Assembly: GCF_006345805.1 (NCBI RefSeq)
Contig: NC_043016.1
Span: forward strand, 11,408,001 to 11,471,959
Length of the DNA: 63,959 nt
Source of the DNA: Octopus sinensis
Taxonomy: Eukaryota
Direction: 5' to 3'
Under the pieces are notes generated by a model. That model saw only the letters and a program-made list of their open reading frames with translations, was not told the origin of the DNA and made no database searches. Positions within the stretch are counted from its first letter, which is position 1. Each line of letters starts with the position of its first letter. Shown here piece by piece: positions 1-12,200 of this stretch. The position numbers were made by a program, and so were the translations under genes.

Positions 1-399
1 TATATATATATATATATATGGGCACCAAAATCTTTTAAGTGCTTAGGGCCTCTATGGGTCTTAATCCATCCTTAGAATTGCTCCAGTGTACATATCACAA
101 AGAAAGCTTATGTTCTCTGCAAGTCTGTCTATAGCTTACAATGAGTACAGCATATGGAATTTATTCCTACACACCCTTTGCAGATCAACCAATGTTCTTT
201 TCCTTGTCGGTATGAGGGTTCTGTTTTCTTTCCTACTTACTAAAACTATCGCCTTTGCTAAGTCAACTGTAAACATCTTAATTCTACGCTGACCTTCCAT
301 ATCCAGAATTACCTGAGTGTGCATGCATATATATATATATATATATGAGCAAAACGCATCCCCATCCAATGGACGGTGCTGAGTTGTCAAACATTTAAA

Positions 400-727
400 C
401 CAAATTTTCTCAAAACAACTTGTCCGACCGTCCCATAGGCCTCCCTTTTGAGAAACACTGATTTAACCTAAATTTGAGACACCAGCAAAAGAAGAAATAA
501 AGATAGACTTTTTTTCTATTCCAAGAAAAACGATTTTACAAATGCACGTTCCCACGGCTTTATCGATCGCATTCTCACCTGGAATCGATTTTTGTAATTT
601 TTTCAAGACTTATACACGCCCTGATACCGTCGGTATCTACATATCAAATTTGAGCGCAATCGGATGGAGAATGCCCAAGATCTTAAAAGATACACACATA
701 CAGACAGAAAGGATTTTATATAATAGA
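400..727 (-). mobile_element. Non-autonomous Helitron, 5' portion
   Basis: Minus strand begins A|TCTATTATATAAAAT followed by CTGTCTGT, the same 5' signature as the complete Helitrons at 25736 and 62764; the 3' end is not seen and the left boundary is approximate. Confidence 0.5.
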
Positions 728-1091
728 TATATTATATATATATATATATACATATATACAAATAAGAAAATGGAGGATGCATATTGATGTATATTGTTTT
801 GTTTTATTTGGATGTTCCTATCTATATAGTTAATAAATAATATGAAATGGTAATATCTGTAAATTGATGATTGAAATAAATTTGTTCCTCCATTTTCTTA
901 TTTGAATTATGAATTTACGGTAAAATATTTTACCTTCGCCCATCTAATACAATAAATGAATTAATTGCATTGCAATTATAAGCATTTATGTATTTGCCTT
1001 TTGGGTACTTCACCACCAGTATATTGGATAACTGATATCCCATAGTGGGTTACCCTCATAACCCCTATCTTACTTTGCACTATATACATAT

Positions 1092-1123
<32 letters not shown>

Positions 1124-1321
1124 ATATATATATATATATAATTTTATTCCATATCAGCTGCATCTAATGAGTGTATGGTTATATAATCGGATTGTTACCT
1201 AACACTTCATTGAATTGCTAGCATGAAAGCGATTGGAAAGATTGGCCAAAATAGATATATGATACTGTACACTTCAGATAATATATGTAGTATGTATGTA
1301 TGTATGTATATATATATATAG

Positions 1322-1352
<31 letters not shown>

Positions 1353-1712
1353 CTAGCAGCTAAGCATAGTTTCACCTGGTTGATGGGAAATTGCACCCGT
1401 TTAAACTTGTAAGGTCGTATCGGAGGAAGTGAGTGACATGGGAGTTATGAGTACCTCTTGCCAGCCGCCGGTCCATTCAAGATTGTTGCCTGCAGAACTC
1501 GGGAGCAGATGAATATTTTGATAATCATCTGCATATAGGCGCAGGAGTGGCTGTGTGGTAAGTAGCTTGCTTACCAACCACATGGTTCCGGGTTCAGTCC
1601 CACTGCATGGCACCTTGGACAAGTGTCTTCTGCTATAGCCTCAGGCCAACCAAAGCCTTGTGAGTGGATTTGGTAGATGGAAACTGAAAGAAGCCCATCG
1701 TATCTATATATA

Positions 1713-1887
1713 CCGGAGTAAACACATAAATGTGAAACAAGGTGGAAAAAAGAGTACTCAAATACCAGTGGTAGAGTAATATACTTCATTTAAAAGCAGC
1801 AGAAATTCAACAAAACCTGTTACTCGGAGTTTCACGTTCCCGTTCGTCGGATAGTTTTGTTGAATTTCTGCTGCTTTTAAATAAAGT
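1713..1887. mobile_element. Penelope-like pLTR fold-back element inserted in (TA)n
   Basis: 28-bp perfect inverted arms (1789-1816 / 1854-1881) enclose a hammerhead motif; TA repeats on both sides; homologous to 39361-39597 in the opposite orientation. Confidence 0.65.
1817..1854 (-). ncRNA. Minimal type I hammerhead ribozyme motif
   Basis: Minus strand: ctat CCGACGA acg-ggaa-cgt GAAAC tccga GTA acag; palindromic helix III ACTC-C-GAGT; one helix I mismatch. Confidence 0.55.
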
Positions 1888-2249
1888 ATATATATATATG
1901 TGTGTGCGTGTATGTTTGTGTGTCTGTGTTTGTCCTAGCATTGCTTGACAACCGATGCTGGTGTGTTTATGTCCCTGTCACCTAGCGGTTCAGCAAAAGT
2001 GACCGATTGAATAAGTACTGGGCTTACAAAGAATAATTCCCGGGGTTGAGTTGCTCGATTAAAGGCGATGCTGCAGCATGGCCGCAGTCAAATGACTGAA
2101 ACAAGTAAAAGAGTAAAAGAGAGAGAGTATACCATTGCACATTATTGGAGCATCTAAATTCTTTAGCAGCATGGTTGTCACACCAACCTTCAGATGCAGT
2201 TCGTGAGGTGCTAGTCCTGCGGGTGTTTGAGAGTTATGGAATTCAGGTG

Positions 2250-2757
2250 TAGCGTTTCTCAACCTTATCATTTCAGCTCCCCTGTTTCAGTTGGAGCCTT
2301 CAGCTGTACAAAAATTTTCTGACCCTCCTGCCCCACCTTTTGTCAGATTTGTCATGGGCCAGCTGGTCTATCTCAGATACATGGGGAGCTGAATTGAATT
2401 TTTCGTCAGCACAGGGGAGCTGAAATAAATTTTTCAATGTCCAATGGAAGCCAAATCACAAAAAAGGCTGATCTTTTTTTAGGCACATTGTAAAAGTAAT
2501 TATAAAGAATTGCTAAATATAAATATAAATATTTGCCATTTTAAGTCATCTCTAAAAACAAAGCTCATCAGATTTTGAATGAAATAATAATTTTATTCAT
2601 TTATTGAAAGTTGTAAATTTTGCCCGAGAAATAAAGCAAGTAATCACCAAATGCATTGTTAAAAATCTGCAACTCGATAGTAAATATCTCCAAATTGATT
2701 AGAAATGCATTAATTTAATAATAATGACGCTAAATAAAATTTGGTTGAGAAATACCA
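2250..2757. mobile_element. hAT/Charlie-like MITE
   Basis: Imperfect TIRs TAGCGTTTCTCAACC / GGTTGAGAAATACCA; internal 15-bp perfect IR TTTCAGCTCCCCTGT (2271-2285 / 2411-2425); TSD not preserved. Confidence 0.5.
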
Positions 2758-3185
2758 AAGAAATTACATTATATCAACAAAAAACAGACACGTATCTTTG
2801 TAGTGAACAGATTGTACTCAAGTGGAACATACCAAATACACAGTTGAAACGCTGTAGGATTTTTCTTTTCAGCGTTGAATGTTAACCATCTCACTTCCAT
2901 TGCACATGCACACAAACACGCACATATATATTGTCGGTATCATGTAAAACTGTCGTATGTCCAAATTTGGCCAAATGTGGTTTTTCCAATATTTATTTTT
3001 GCTTGCAATAGCCAGTTCTTTTGGTCAAACTATAGTATCTCCAGCTACTTCAGATGCCAAGATATCAAAGATTGTCTAAGTGTAGTACAATGTTTTGCTA
3101 TGGAATGAAGAAACTATTTTTTCGTTTTCTGAAAAAGCAAAATTTTGGACTTATGACACTTCTGCATAATAGCATCTATATATAT

Positions 3186-3219
<34 letters not shown>

Positions 3220-3384
3220 ATATTTTTGCTCCCTCCTCCTTTATTTTCTCTCTTTTCTTCTATTCCCTTCCATTTTCTATTCTTTACCTCTCTAGAAAGC
3301 CCTTCAGCCTTTAAAAGTTAAATAGCTACAGCCTCTCGTAAATAGCAGTAATATGATTAATGTGGCAATACCTAATCATATAAC

Positions 3385-3640
3385 AAGAATTGATACCTAC
3401 CTCATTGTGTTCAACCATTGATAAATTTATCGCCTGTGAATATGAAATTCCTCTTCATTTCTCTGGAAATTTACATCTACACCATTGGAAATTGTGCATC
3501 TATACAAAGATTAATTCACCCTCTCTGTAATGCTAATAAGCAGGAATTGAGACCCACCTCGTTGTGATTAACAATGGATAAATTTGTTTTCTGTGAGTAT
3601 GTAATCCCTCATCATATCTCTGGAAATTCATATGTGCACT
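3385..3640. repeat. Degenerate ~155-bp tandem duplication
   Basis: aagaattgatacctacctcattgtg...ctctggaaatt recurs as aggaattgagacccacctcgttgtg...ctctggaaatt. Confidence 0.6.
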
Positions 3641-4062
3641 ATGGATTAGGTCACCTTCTCTGGGTTGCTATTAAAACTTTTTTAAAATTCTGTGATAAGA
3701 CTGTACATCATCTTTAAAGAACTTTAATGAACTTTGGATATCTGTTTATGTTTATGTTACTTAATTATCTTCATTACTTCATGAGTATAGCCTCAACCAC
3801 TAGGATGTCTAGAGAACGCACATGTATTTTAGCTGATGAGTACGGGACACGTTTATATGCTGTAATTTTTGCAACTTTTAATAAAGCCTGTCCTTGTATG
3901 AAACGATTGTACTAAAAACCTATCCATTCTTGTTGCTTCTTTCTCGCTATAATCACCCCACATTACTGTATTGTTAAAACAGTATAGTTTTTTTGGTGCA
4001 TCTAAGTTAGGTACCATATTCAAGTAAATTCATTTAAATTAACTTGAATCTTTATTGCTTTT

Positions 4063-4103
<41 letters not shown>

Positions 4104-5748
4104 ATATACATACATACATATACACATACACACATGTATATATACATTATATGAGAATAATTATATCTTCAAGAGGGTTCACCATTTAGATTTGTGGAAT
4201 GTAGCCTTGGCCAAGAGGAATTATTGTCATCAGATGGTATTCAACAATCATTGCATGTTTTGACCTTCAACTTTAATACCATCCCATTAATGAGTCAGCA
4301 GTGATGGCCATATGACTGACCAACTAACCAACCCTATAGCTTTCAGCTTACTTCCTCTTTCTTGCTCCATAACAATATGTATTGTGTGTGTGTGTGTGTG
4401 TGTTATAGGATCAATCATGTGGTCCCAGTTTCAATTCTACTGCATGGCATCTTGGGCAAATGTCACTTTCAATATCCTGGGCTCAACCTGTGCCTTGTGT
4501 TTGAAATTGGGTAGATGGAAACTGCATAGAAGCACATTGGATGGACTGTAACTGTAATTCAAAGATCCAATCTTACTCTGTGAAAACATGCTGATTCCAC
4601 TTAAGAACTGCATTAAGGGTACATGTGTCTGTGGAATACTCAGCCACTTGTAAGCTAATTCAATGAACTAAGCAACAGTTTAGTTGATTGAACAATTGAA
4701 TGCTCATGGTTGGAAATTCTAATTGACATCTATTTATGTAAGAGTGAATGTATGTATAATATATATACTTTAATATCAAACATCAAGAATGAGTGGTCAG
4801 CACCTTATTGGTTGCAGTTTCATCCAAAATGGAAACAAGTACCAACATTTTCATGTGGTATGCTTAAACAATTGTGAAGATCACTTCACATGAAACCATT
4901 GGTTGCCCTGTGTTATGCAAATTAACCCAACTGATAACAACCCAGACATTTGTGGTCCCTCAAGAACCAGACTGAGATCTAACTGAAATGTCTTCGCTTC
5001 CTAGAGATAACCCTCCAAAACTAAAAGAGGAATCCTCTCAACTGTGTTAATGTCAAAGAATTCGGAAGGCTCTAGAAAGGCTTGATCTATGAATTTTTTC
5101 TTTTTTTTTTAGGTGGTAGTGAATGTTATGCAAATTGTGCTATGATTTGAATTACTTCCCTTGATATAAAGGGTATGTGCATTTGATGTTCAGAGAGAGA
5201 GAGAGAGAGTGGCCCTTTTGAATAACATAAGTTGATTCGAGAATATTGTGGATAACACTGTACGATGCCTTAGTGTTTTGGACTATGACTGGAAATTAGG
5301 TTCTTTGAACCAGGAATTACTGGTCATACATAACACCCTGTTAACATCATCATCATCGTTTAACGTCCGCTTTCCATGCTAGCATGGGTTGGACGGTTTA
5401 ACTGAGGGCTAACCCACAAATAAAACAAGAAGTGTGTGTGTGTGTACACACTTATATAGGTGCAGGCACAGTTGTGCAGTAGAAAGTTTGCTTCTCAATC
5501 TTATCGTTCCAAGTTCAGTCCCACTGCAAGGCACCTTGGCCAAGTATCTTCTACTATAGCCCTGGACAAACCAAAGCCTTATTGGTGGTTTGGTAATCAG
5601 AAACAGGAAGCTTGTTGTATATCTATGTATGTATCATCATCATCAGCATCAGCATCGTTTAACGTCTGTTTTCCATGCTGGCATGGGTTGGACGGTTTGA
5701 CTCGGGTCTGGGAAGCCAGGAGATCTGTGTGTGTGTGTGTGTGTGTAT

Positions 5749-6180
5749 TCTCTTTATTTTTTTTACATGTTTCAGTCATTTGGCTATTGCCATGCTGGAA
5801 CACTGCCTTAAAGGGATTTAGCCAAAGAAATCGACCCCAGGATTTATTCCTTGTAAGCCTAGTATTTATTCTATCGGTCTCTTTTGCCAAACTGCTAAGT
5901 TATGGGGATGTAAACACACCAACATCAGTTGTCAAGCAATGGTGGCGGGGGGCACAAACACAGCTACACACATATATGTGTGTGTGTGTATGTGTATATA
6001 TATACACACACACACACACACACATACACACACACACAATGGGCTTCTTTCAGTTTCCGTCTGCCAAATCCACTCACAAGGCTTTGGTTGGCCTGAGACT
6101 ATAGTAGAAGACACTTGCCCATGGTGCCATGCGGTGGGACTGAACCAGGAATCAAGTGGCTGGGAATCACAGTACACCTA
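5749..6180 (-). mobile_element. SINE-A
   Basis: Reverse-complement match to the 1538 and 7455 copies, with central (TG)/(CA)n. Confidence 0.85.
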
Positions 6181-6933
6181 TAGCACTGTGCAATTCTGTC
6201 AATACACCCACCCACCACCACCACCACCAGACATACCCACATCACACCATCTGTAATTCCACCTATTACCTCTCTGACCTTTTCCTACTTTCTTCATCTG
6301 GATGCCACCTAAAAAAACTGATATTCCTCATTGACCTCACCTCCACCCATGTTCTTCATTTACTTCTATCTGTCTCTATCCATCTGCCACTCACTAACAT
6401 AGAGGGTGTGTTCCACCTGGGGCATCCCTTCAGTTTGTCAAACCCAGGCCCCTACGAAAAATACATATTGCTTAAAGCAGACCAAAAAGTGGTGCCACCC
6501 AGAGAAGACTGCCCCCTCCCACTAACTCTAGCTACACTAGTGCTGCCACTTTCCTTTCACAATTTCACCCACTCACCGTATCCAATTCTTTGTATTGATT
6601 CTCTTGTATTCACCTCCCTGTACCTTAAGGGTATTCCACAACATATCTTCGCCACCACCACCATCATCTCTCACTTTTCCAACCGGGTTAATTATGTATC
6701 TCCTCTACATCAAGGCACCTGTTACCTGTCCTATCATTACTTTAACCTATTATCACCTGGTATAAAAAATCACCCCTCCCCCCTTCAATACAACATCCCC
6801 ACCTGCTCAGTTGATATGTCTTGCAAGTTACTTGGTAACATCATCAGTATGGGTGCTACATAGAAAGCACCCAGTACACTTTGTAAAGTGGTTGGCATTA
6901 GGAAGGACATCCAGCTGTAGAAACCTACCTAAA

Positions 6934-7352
6934 AAGCGGCGAGCTGACAGAAACGTTAGCACACCAGGCAAAATGCTTAGTGATATTTCATCTTCCATTA
7001 TGTTCTGAGTTCAAATTCTGCCGAGGTCAACTTTGTCTTTCATCCTTTCGGGGTCAATAAATTAAGTACCAGTTATGCACTGGGGTCGATGTAATCGACT
7101 TAATCCGTTTGTCTGTCCTTGTTTGTCCCCTCTGTGTTTAGCCCCTTGTGGGTAGTAAAGAAATAGGTATTTCATTTTGTCTTTACATTCTGAGTTCAAA
7201 TTCCACTGAGGTCGACTTTGCCTTTCATCCTTTCGGGGTCGATAAACTAAGTACCAGTTATGCACTGGGGTCGATGTAATCAACTTAATCCGTTTGTCTG
7301 TCCTTGTTTGTCCCTTCTGTGTTTAGCCCCTTGTGGGCCATAAAGTAATAAG
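6934..7352 (+). mobile_element. SINE-B dimer
   Basis: Head GCGGCGAGCTGACAGAAACG, B-box-like GAGTTCAAATTC, core CTTTCATCCTTTCGGGGTCGAT, tail TGTGGGTAGTAAAGAAATA; the second unit lacks the head. Confidence 0.85.
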
Positions 7353-7454
7353 AAACCTATAGTAAAAGACACTTGCCGCTGGTGCTGTGCAGTGTGACTG
7401 CACCTGAAACCACATGGTTACAAAACAAACTTCAGCAAAGTATTTAAAGTAACA

Positions 7455-7875
7455 GGCGCAGGAGTGGCTGTGTGGTAAGTAGCTTGCTAACCAACCACAT
7501 GGTTCCAGGTTCAGTCCCACTGCGTGGCACCTTGGGCAAGTGTCTTCTACTATAGCCTCGGGCCGACCAGTGCCTTGTGAGTGGATTTGGTAGACGGAAA
7601 CTGAAAGAAGCCCGTCGTATATATGTATATATATGTACATGTGTGTGTTTATGTTTGTGTGTCTGTGTTTGTCCCCCTAGCATTGCTTGACAACCGATGC
7701 TGGTGTGTTTACGTCCCCGTCACTTAGCGGTTTGGCAAAAGAGACCGATAGAATAAGTTCTGGGCTTACAAAAAGAATAAGTTCCGGGGTCGATTTGCTC
7801 GACTAAAAAAGGCGGTGCTCCAGCATGACCGCAGTCAAAATGACTGAAACAAGTAAAAGAGTAAAAGAGTAAAAG
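7455..7875 (+). mobile_element. SINE-A, full length
   Basis: Complete head-to-tail match to the family consensus seen across the window. Confidence 0.92.
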
Positions 7876-8358
7876 GGAGAGGTCTTTAAGGTTTCCTCTG
7901 TCTTTTATCTCTTTTAATCAGAAGATTCTTGTCTGATTGCGCCCCCCCCCCCACTATAGCAATGTATGCCGGCTTTGACTTTGTTGTCTCCAGCCAACAC
8001 ACTTCACCTCTCGGTCTGATAATGCCTCTCGCACTCATTGAAACATAAGCTGTTGACATTAATACAGATCCACATCACTGAACCGCTTAAACTTTCATTT
8101 CAATACTTGAGTTTCACGGCTGCCACTACAGCAACAGCAACAACAACACAAAGGCAATATTCTGTGCATTATCATGGTCTTTTCAAACCTGCCACATGCC
8201 ACCTACATTCATTCATTCATACAATGAAATGAAGATAGTGTAAATGAGAACTTCCTGGTCATGCAAGAAGTGCAGGGTTTATTTTAGAAAACAAGATCTA
8301 CCAAGTTGGGATTTTCCCATTTCCAGTGCATGAAGGCAAAAAATGGCACTAGTGAAAC

Positions 8359-8709
8359 ACAGAGGTCCCAATGCAACTATGTAATGATATGAAGGCAGCG
8401 AGTTGGCAGGAAGGCGGTGAGCTGGCAGAAACGTTAGCACACTGGGCGAAATGCGTAGACGTATTTCGTCTGCCGTTACGTTCCGAGTTCAAATTCTACC
8501 GAGGTCGACTTTGCCTTTCATCCTTCCAGGGTCGATAAATTAAGTACCAGTTACACACTGGGGTCAATGTAATCGACTTAATCCGTATGTCTGTCCTCTC
8601 TGTATTTAGCCCCTTGTGGGTAATAAAGAAATAGGTATGTTTTTACAGTGCACACTTGTTAGGGTTAGTTTTTAGGGTTAGCGTTACGTAGATACATTGG
8701 GACCTCTGT
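8359..8709. mobile_element. MITE with 15-bp perfect TIRs, interrupted by SINE-B
   Basis: ACAGAGGTCCCAATG ... CATTGGGACCTCTGT; internal TTAGGGTTAG motifs. Confidence 0.6.
8411..8637 (+). mobile_element. SINE-B
   Basis: Full head, core and tail; partial duplicate head at 8391. Confidence 0.85.
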
Positions 8710-8814
8710 ATTTAAGTAGTACCAAAATCTGATCTCCCAGCACTTAAGACACTAATACAATAGCGCCCTAAAAACATTGCCCCCCCCCCCCCACCCAGCT
8801 AGCCCAGACAAAAA

Positions 8815-9425
8815 ATAATTCTTTCTACTATTGGTACAAGGCCTGGATTTTGTGGGGAGGAGGATAGCCAATTATGTCGATCCCAGTACTCAACTGGTAC
8901 TGAAAGGAAACAGTCAACCTCAATGGAATTTGAACTCAGAACGTAGCAACAGGTAAAATATGGGTAAGCATTTTACCTGGTGTGCTAACGATTCTGCCAG
9001 CTTGCCACCTTAATAGAAAATACTACTACTAATAATAATAATTCTTTCTAATATAGTCACAAGGCCTGAAATTTGGTGGGAGGAGAGTAGTCGATTACAT
9101 CAACCCAAGTGTTTTACCGGTACTGAATTTATCGACCCCGAAAGGATGAAAGGCAAAATCGACCTCGGCGGAATTTGAACTAAGAACATGAAGACAAATG
9201 AAATACTGCTAAGAATTTCTGCCAGCTCCTTTCTACTAAAGGTACAAGGCCTGAAATTCTGGGGGAAGGGACTCCAGTACTCAACTGGTACTTATTCCAT
9301 CGACCATGAAAGGATGAAAGGCAAAGTCAACCTCGGCAGAATTTGAACTCAAAACACAAAGACGGGCGAAATATCATTAAGTAATTCGCCCTGCATGCTA
9401 ACGATTCTGCCAACTCGCTGTCTTA
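8815..9425 (-). mobile_element. Cluster of three degenerate SINE-B2 copies (same head/core, alternative tail)
   Basis: Each has gaaaggatgaaaggcaaagtcgacctcggcggaatttgaactc with tail ...caggccttgtgcc..tagtagaaag(aat)n. Confidence 0.7.
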
Positions 9426-10027
9426 ATAATTATAATAATCATCATCATCATAAACGTGGCAGAATAGAAAACTATTTGATTCCCAACCACATGATTCCAG
9501 GTTCAGTCCCACTGCGTGGCACCTTGGGCAAGTGTCTTCTACTATAGCCTCAGGCCAACCAAAGCCTTGTGAGTGGATTTGGTAGACGGAAACTGAAAGA
9601 AGCCTGTCGTACATGTGTGTGTTGTGTTTGTGTGCGTGTTTGTGTATCATCTCCTCTTGGCAACCAGTGTTTGTTTACGTCACCTTAACTTAGTGGTTAG
9701 ACAAAAAGAGGTCGATAGAATAAGTACCAGACTTTAAAATAAGTACTGGGGACAATTTGTTCGGCTAAACACTTCAAGGTGGTGCCCTAGCATGGCAGCA
9801 GTCCAATGATTGGAACAAGTGAAATGCGACAAAGAAAGATAAATAATTCTTTTTACTGCAGGCAGAAGACCAGAAAATTAGAGGGAAGGAGCTAGTCATT
9901 TACATCATCTCCAGTATTCAACTGGTACTTATTTTATCGATCCCAAAAGGATAAAAGACAGAGTTGACCTCGACGGAATTTGTACCCAGAACGTAAAGAA
10001 CCAGATGAAATGTCGCTTAGCATTTTG

Positions 10028-10662
10028 ACCGACTATCGCAGGTGTTACGTTCCAAAACCAGCCTGCGATAGGTCAAATTCCGCAAAGTAGAAACAGTACT
10101 GTACTCTTTTACTCTTTTACTTGTTTCAGTCATTTGACTGCGGCCATGCTGGAGCACTGCCTTCAATCGAGCAAATCGACCCCGGGACTTATTCTTTGTA
10201 AGCCCAGTACTTATTCTATTGGTCTCTTTTGCCGAACCACTAAGTGATGGGGTCGTAAAATACCAGCATCGGTTGTCAAGTAAGCTAGGGGAACAAAAAC
10301 AGACACACAAACACACACACACATACACACACATATATATTATATATATATATTACATATATATGACAGGCTTCTTTCAGTTTCCGTCACCAAATCCACT
10401 CACAAGGCATTGGTCGGCCGGGGCTATAGCAGAAGACACTTGCCCAAGATGCCACGCAGTGGGACTGAACCCGGAACCATGTGGTTGGTTAGCAAGCTAC
10501 TTACCACACAGCCACTCCTGTGCTGTATATATATTTTTTATTATTTTTATAATTTGTATATATTTATTCCATTATAAATGCAAAACAACACCACGGAGGA
10601 ATCGACTTAAGCTTAAACAATAAACCACGATAGGTGAACAGTGATATAGCGAGGGATTACTG
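10028..10662. mobile_element. pogo/Tigger-like MITE split by SINE-A
   Basis: Right end GCGAGGGATTACTG|TA; left part tgttacgttccaaaa is shared with 39747-39896. Confidence 0.55.
10103..10523 (-). mobile_element. SINE-A
   Basis: Full-length reverse copy flanked by CTGTA. Confidence 0.9.
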
Positions 10663-10777
10663 TACATACGTAAATAAATAAATATTTCGTTTTTGTATCT
10701 GGTTTGCAAGATTCTTTATGTGAATTTGTGTGCTAAAACAAATTTTGTTGTGTCTGGGGAGGGTCATAAAGCCTTAA

Positions 10778-10960
10778 TATCCAACACACTCACCGGTTCA
10801 ATTCCCACTCATTTATTATTTATATTTTTTCCTTCCCAAAACTTTTGCTGCTTTTCCAACCCTTGTCAATGGATGTTGACTCTCAGCAAAAGCAGCGAAA
10901 ACTTTCGAAAAAATATAAAGAATAATTGAGTGGAAATTGAACCGGTGAGTGTGTTAGATA
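10778..10960. mobile_element. MITE with ~33-bp TIRs
   Basis: TATCCAACACACTCACCGGTTCAATTCCCACTC ... GAGTGGAAATTGAACCGGTGAGTGTGTTAGATA; flanked by TTAA / TCAA. Confidence 0.7.
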
Positions 10961-10968
10961 TCAAGCTG

Positions 10969-11393
10969 GGATCTTTATGGTTTGAACGGCAGTTTTTTTC
11001 TAGCGGTGTCATATGAAATTGTCACCCATAATTATGACCCTAGTATCGATCTATTGAATTTCAATCTGTTTTAGGATTTGGGTTAGGGTTAGGGGTGGGG
11101 GAAGGGTATCTTTTTTCTTCAGAAATGTAAATAAACCCAATCTGTTTCTTAAACGAGGGACATTTTCATACGGCACAGAATGTTTTCACCTCAATAAACG
11201 GTCATTGATTGGTTGAAATTGCAGAAATTGAAGCAAAAGACAACAAATATCTTACAAACTATAGAATTTTCTCACTAAAAGCCAAGAGAAAAAGATGTTT
11301 TATAAACACATTCTACCAGTATACGAAGTTTGAAAGTGTTTAAGTTACGTGGAAATTATTTTAAAAGAACTGCCGTTCAAACCGAAAAGATCC
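10969..11393. mobile_element. GGATC-terminated MITE
   Basis: TIRs GGATCTTT(A/T)(T/C)GGTTTGAACGGCAGTT; near-identical copy at 19779-20594; contains GGTTAGGGTTAGGG. Confidence 0.85.
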
Positions 11394-11639
11394 ATCAATG
11401 TTGTATGAGTGTCTCCAGACACAACTAAATAAATATCAAAACTGAAAAAGGCACTCTGAAATAGCTGCGGCATGAGTTAGCCTCTAATATTATGCTGAGA
11501 TGCAGAGCTACGGAAATTATCTAAACTCATCGCTTTCCTCTGTAATCACCGCGAGAATCTACAGAATTTACAGTTTCAATTAGTTGCTCACCCTGCAGGA
11601 AATAGCGACTAAATTTCCATCTTCGCACACTAATATCTA

Positions 11640-12200
11640 CAATAGGCCCAAGGCCTGAAATTTGTGGGGAGGGAACTAGTCGATTACATCGACCTCAGTG
11701 TTTCACCGGTATTTAATTTGTTTGTCGACCTCGAAAAAATGAAAGGCAAAGTCAACCTCGGTGGAATTTGAACTCAAAACATAAAAACAGACGAAATACG
11801 TATTTCTTTACTACCCACAAAGACAAACAAGGACAGACAAATGGATTAAGTCGATTATATTGACCCCAGTACGTAAGTGATACTTAATTTATTGACCCCG
11901 AAAGGATGAAAGGCAAAGTCGACCTCGGCGGAATATGAAATCAGACCGTAGCGGCAGACGAAATACCTATTTCTTTACTACCCACAAGGGGCTAAACACA
12001 GAGAGGATAAACAAGGACAGACAAAGGGATTAAGTCGATTACATCGACCCCAGTGCGTAACTGGTACTTATTTAATCGACCCTCAAAGGATGAAAGGCAA
12101 AGTCGACCTCCGTGGAATTTGAACTCAGAACATAAAGACGGACGAAATACCGATAAGCATTTCGTCCGGCGTGCTAACGTTTCTGCCAGCTCGCCGCCTT
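11640..12200 (-). mobile_element. SINE-B trimer (last unit with B2 tail)
   Basis: One head at 12200; junctions AAAGAAATA(G/C)|GTATTTCGTCTG near 11965 and 11800. Confidence 0.8.

Larger units (their letters stand above)
1538..2127 (+). mobile_element. SINE-A (tRNA-like head, central TA/TG microsatellite, (GTAAAAGA)n tail)
   Basis: Head GGCGCAGGAGTGGCTGTGTGGTAAG...GGTTCAGTCCC has A/B-box-like motifs; TATA flanks both ends; contains a fold-back insertion at 1713-1887. Confidence 0.9.
1353..2249 (-). pseudogene. Helitron RepHel (Pif1-like helicase) remnant with CTAG 3' end, split by SINE-A
   Basis: Minus strand reads TPEFHNSQTPAGLAPHELHLKVGVTTMLLKNLDAPIMCNG (2130-2249). After removing the SINE it continues, with frameshifts, as LQATILNGPAAG..EVLI..FKRVQFPI (1380-1535) and ends CTAG|T at 1353. 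These are Helitron helicase C-terminal motifs. Confidence 0.8.

Noticed and set aside
3385-3640. C2H2 zinc-finger repeat
   Set aside because: The period is not 84 bp, and no CxxC/HxxxH pattern appears in the frames examined.
5460-6104. Recurrent ORFs such as YDGLLSVSVYQIHSQGFG..EDTCPRCHAVGLNPEPCGW
   Set aside because: Chance open frames of SINE-A, repeated in every copy.
6156-6863. 235-aa ORF
   Set aside because: No ATG start, no recognisable motif, strongly pyrimidine-biased, and it begins and ends inside repeats; probably decayed TE sequence.
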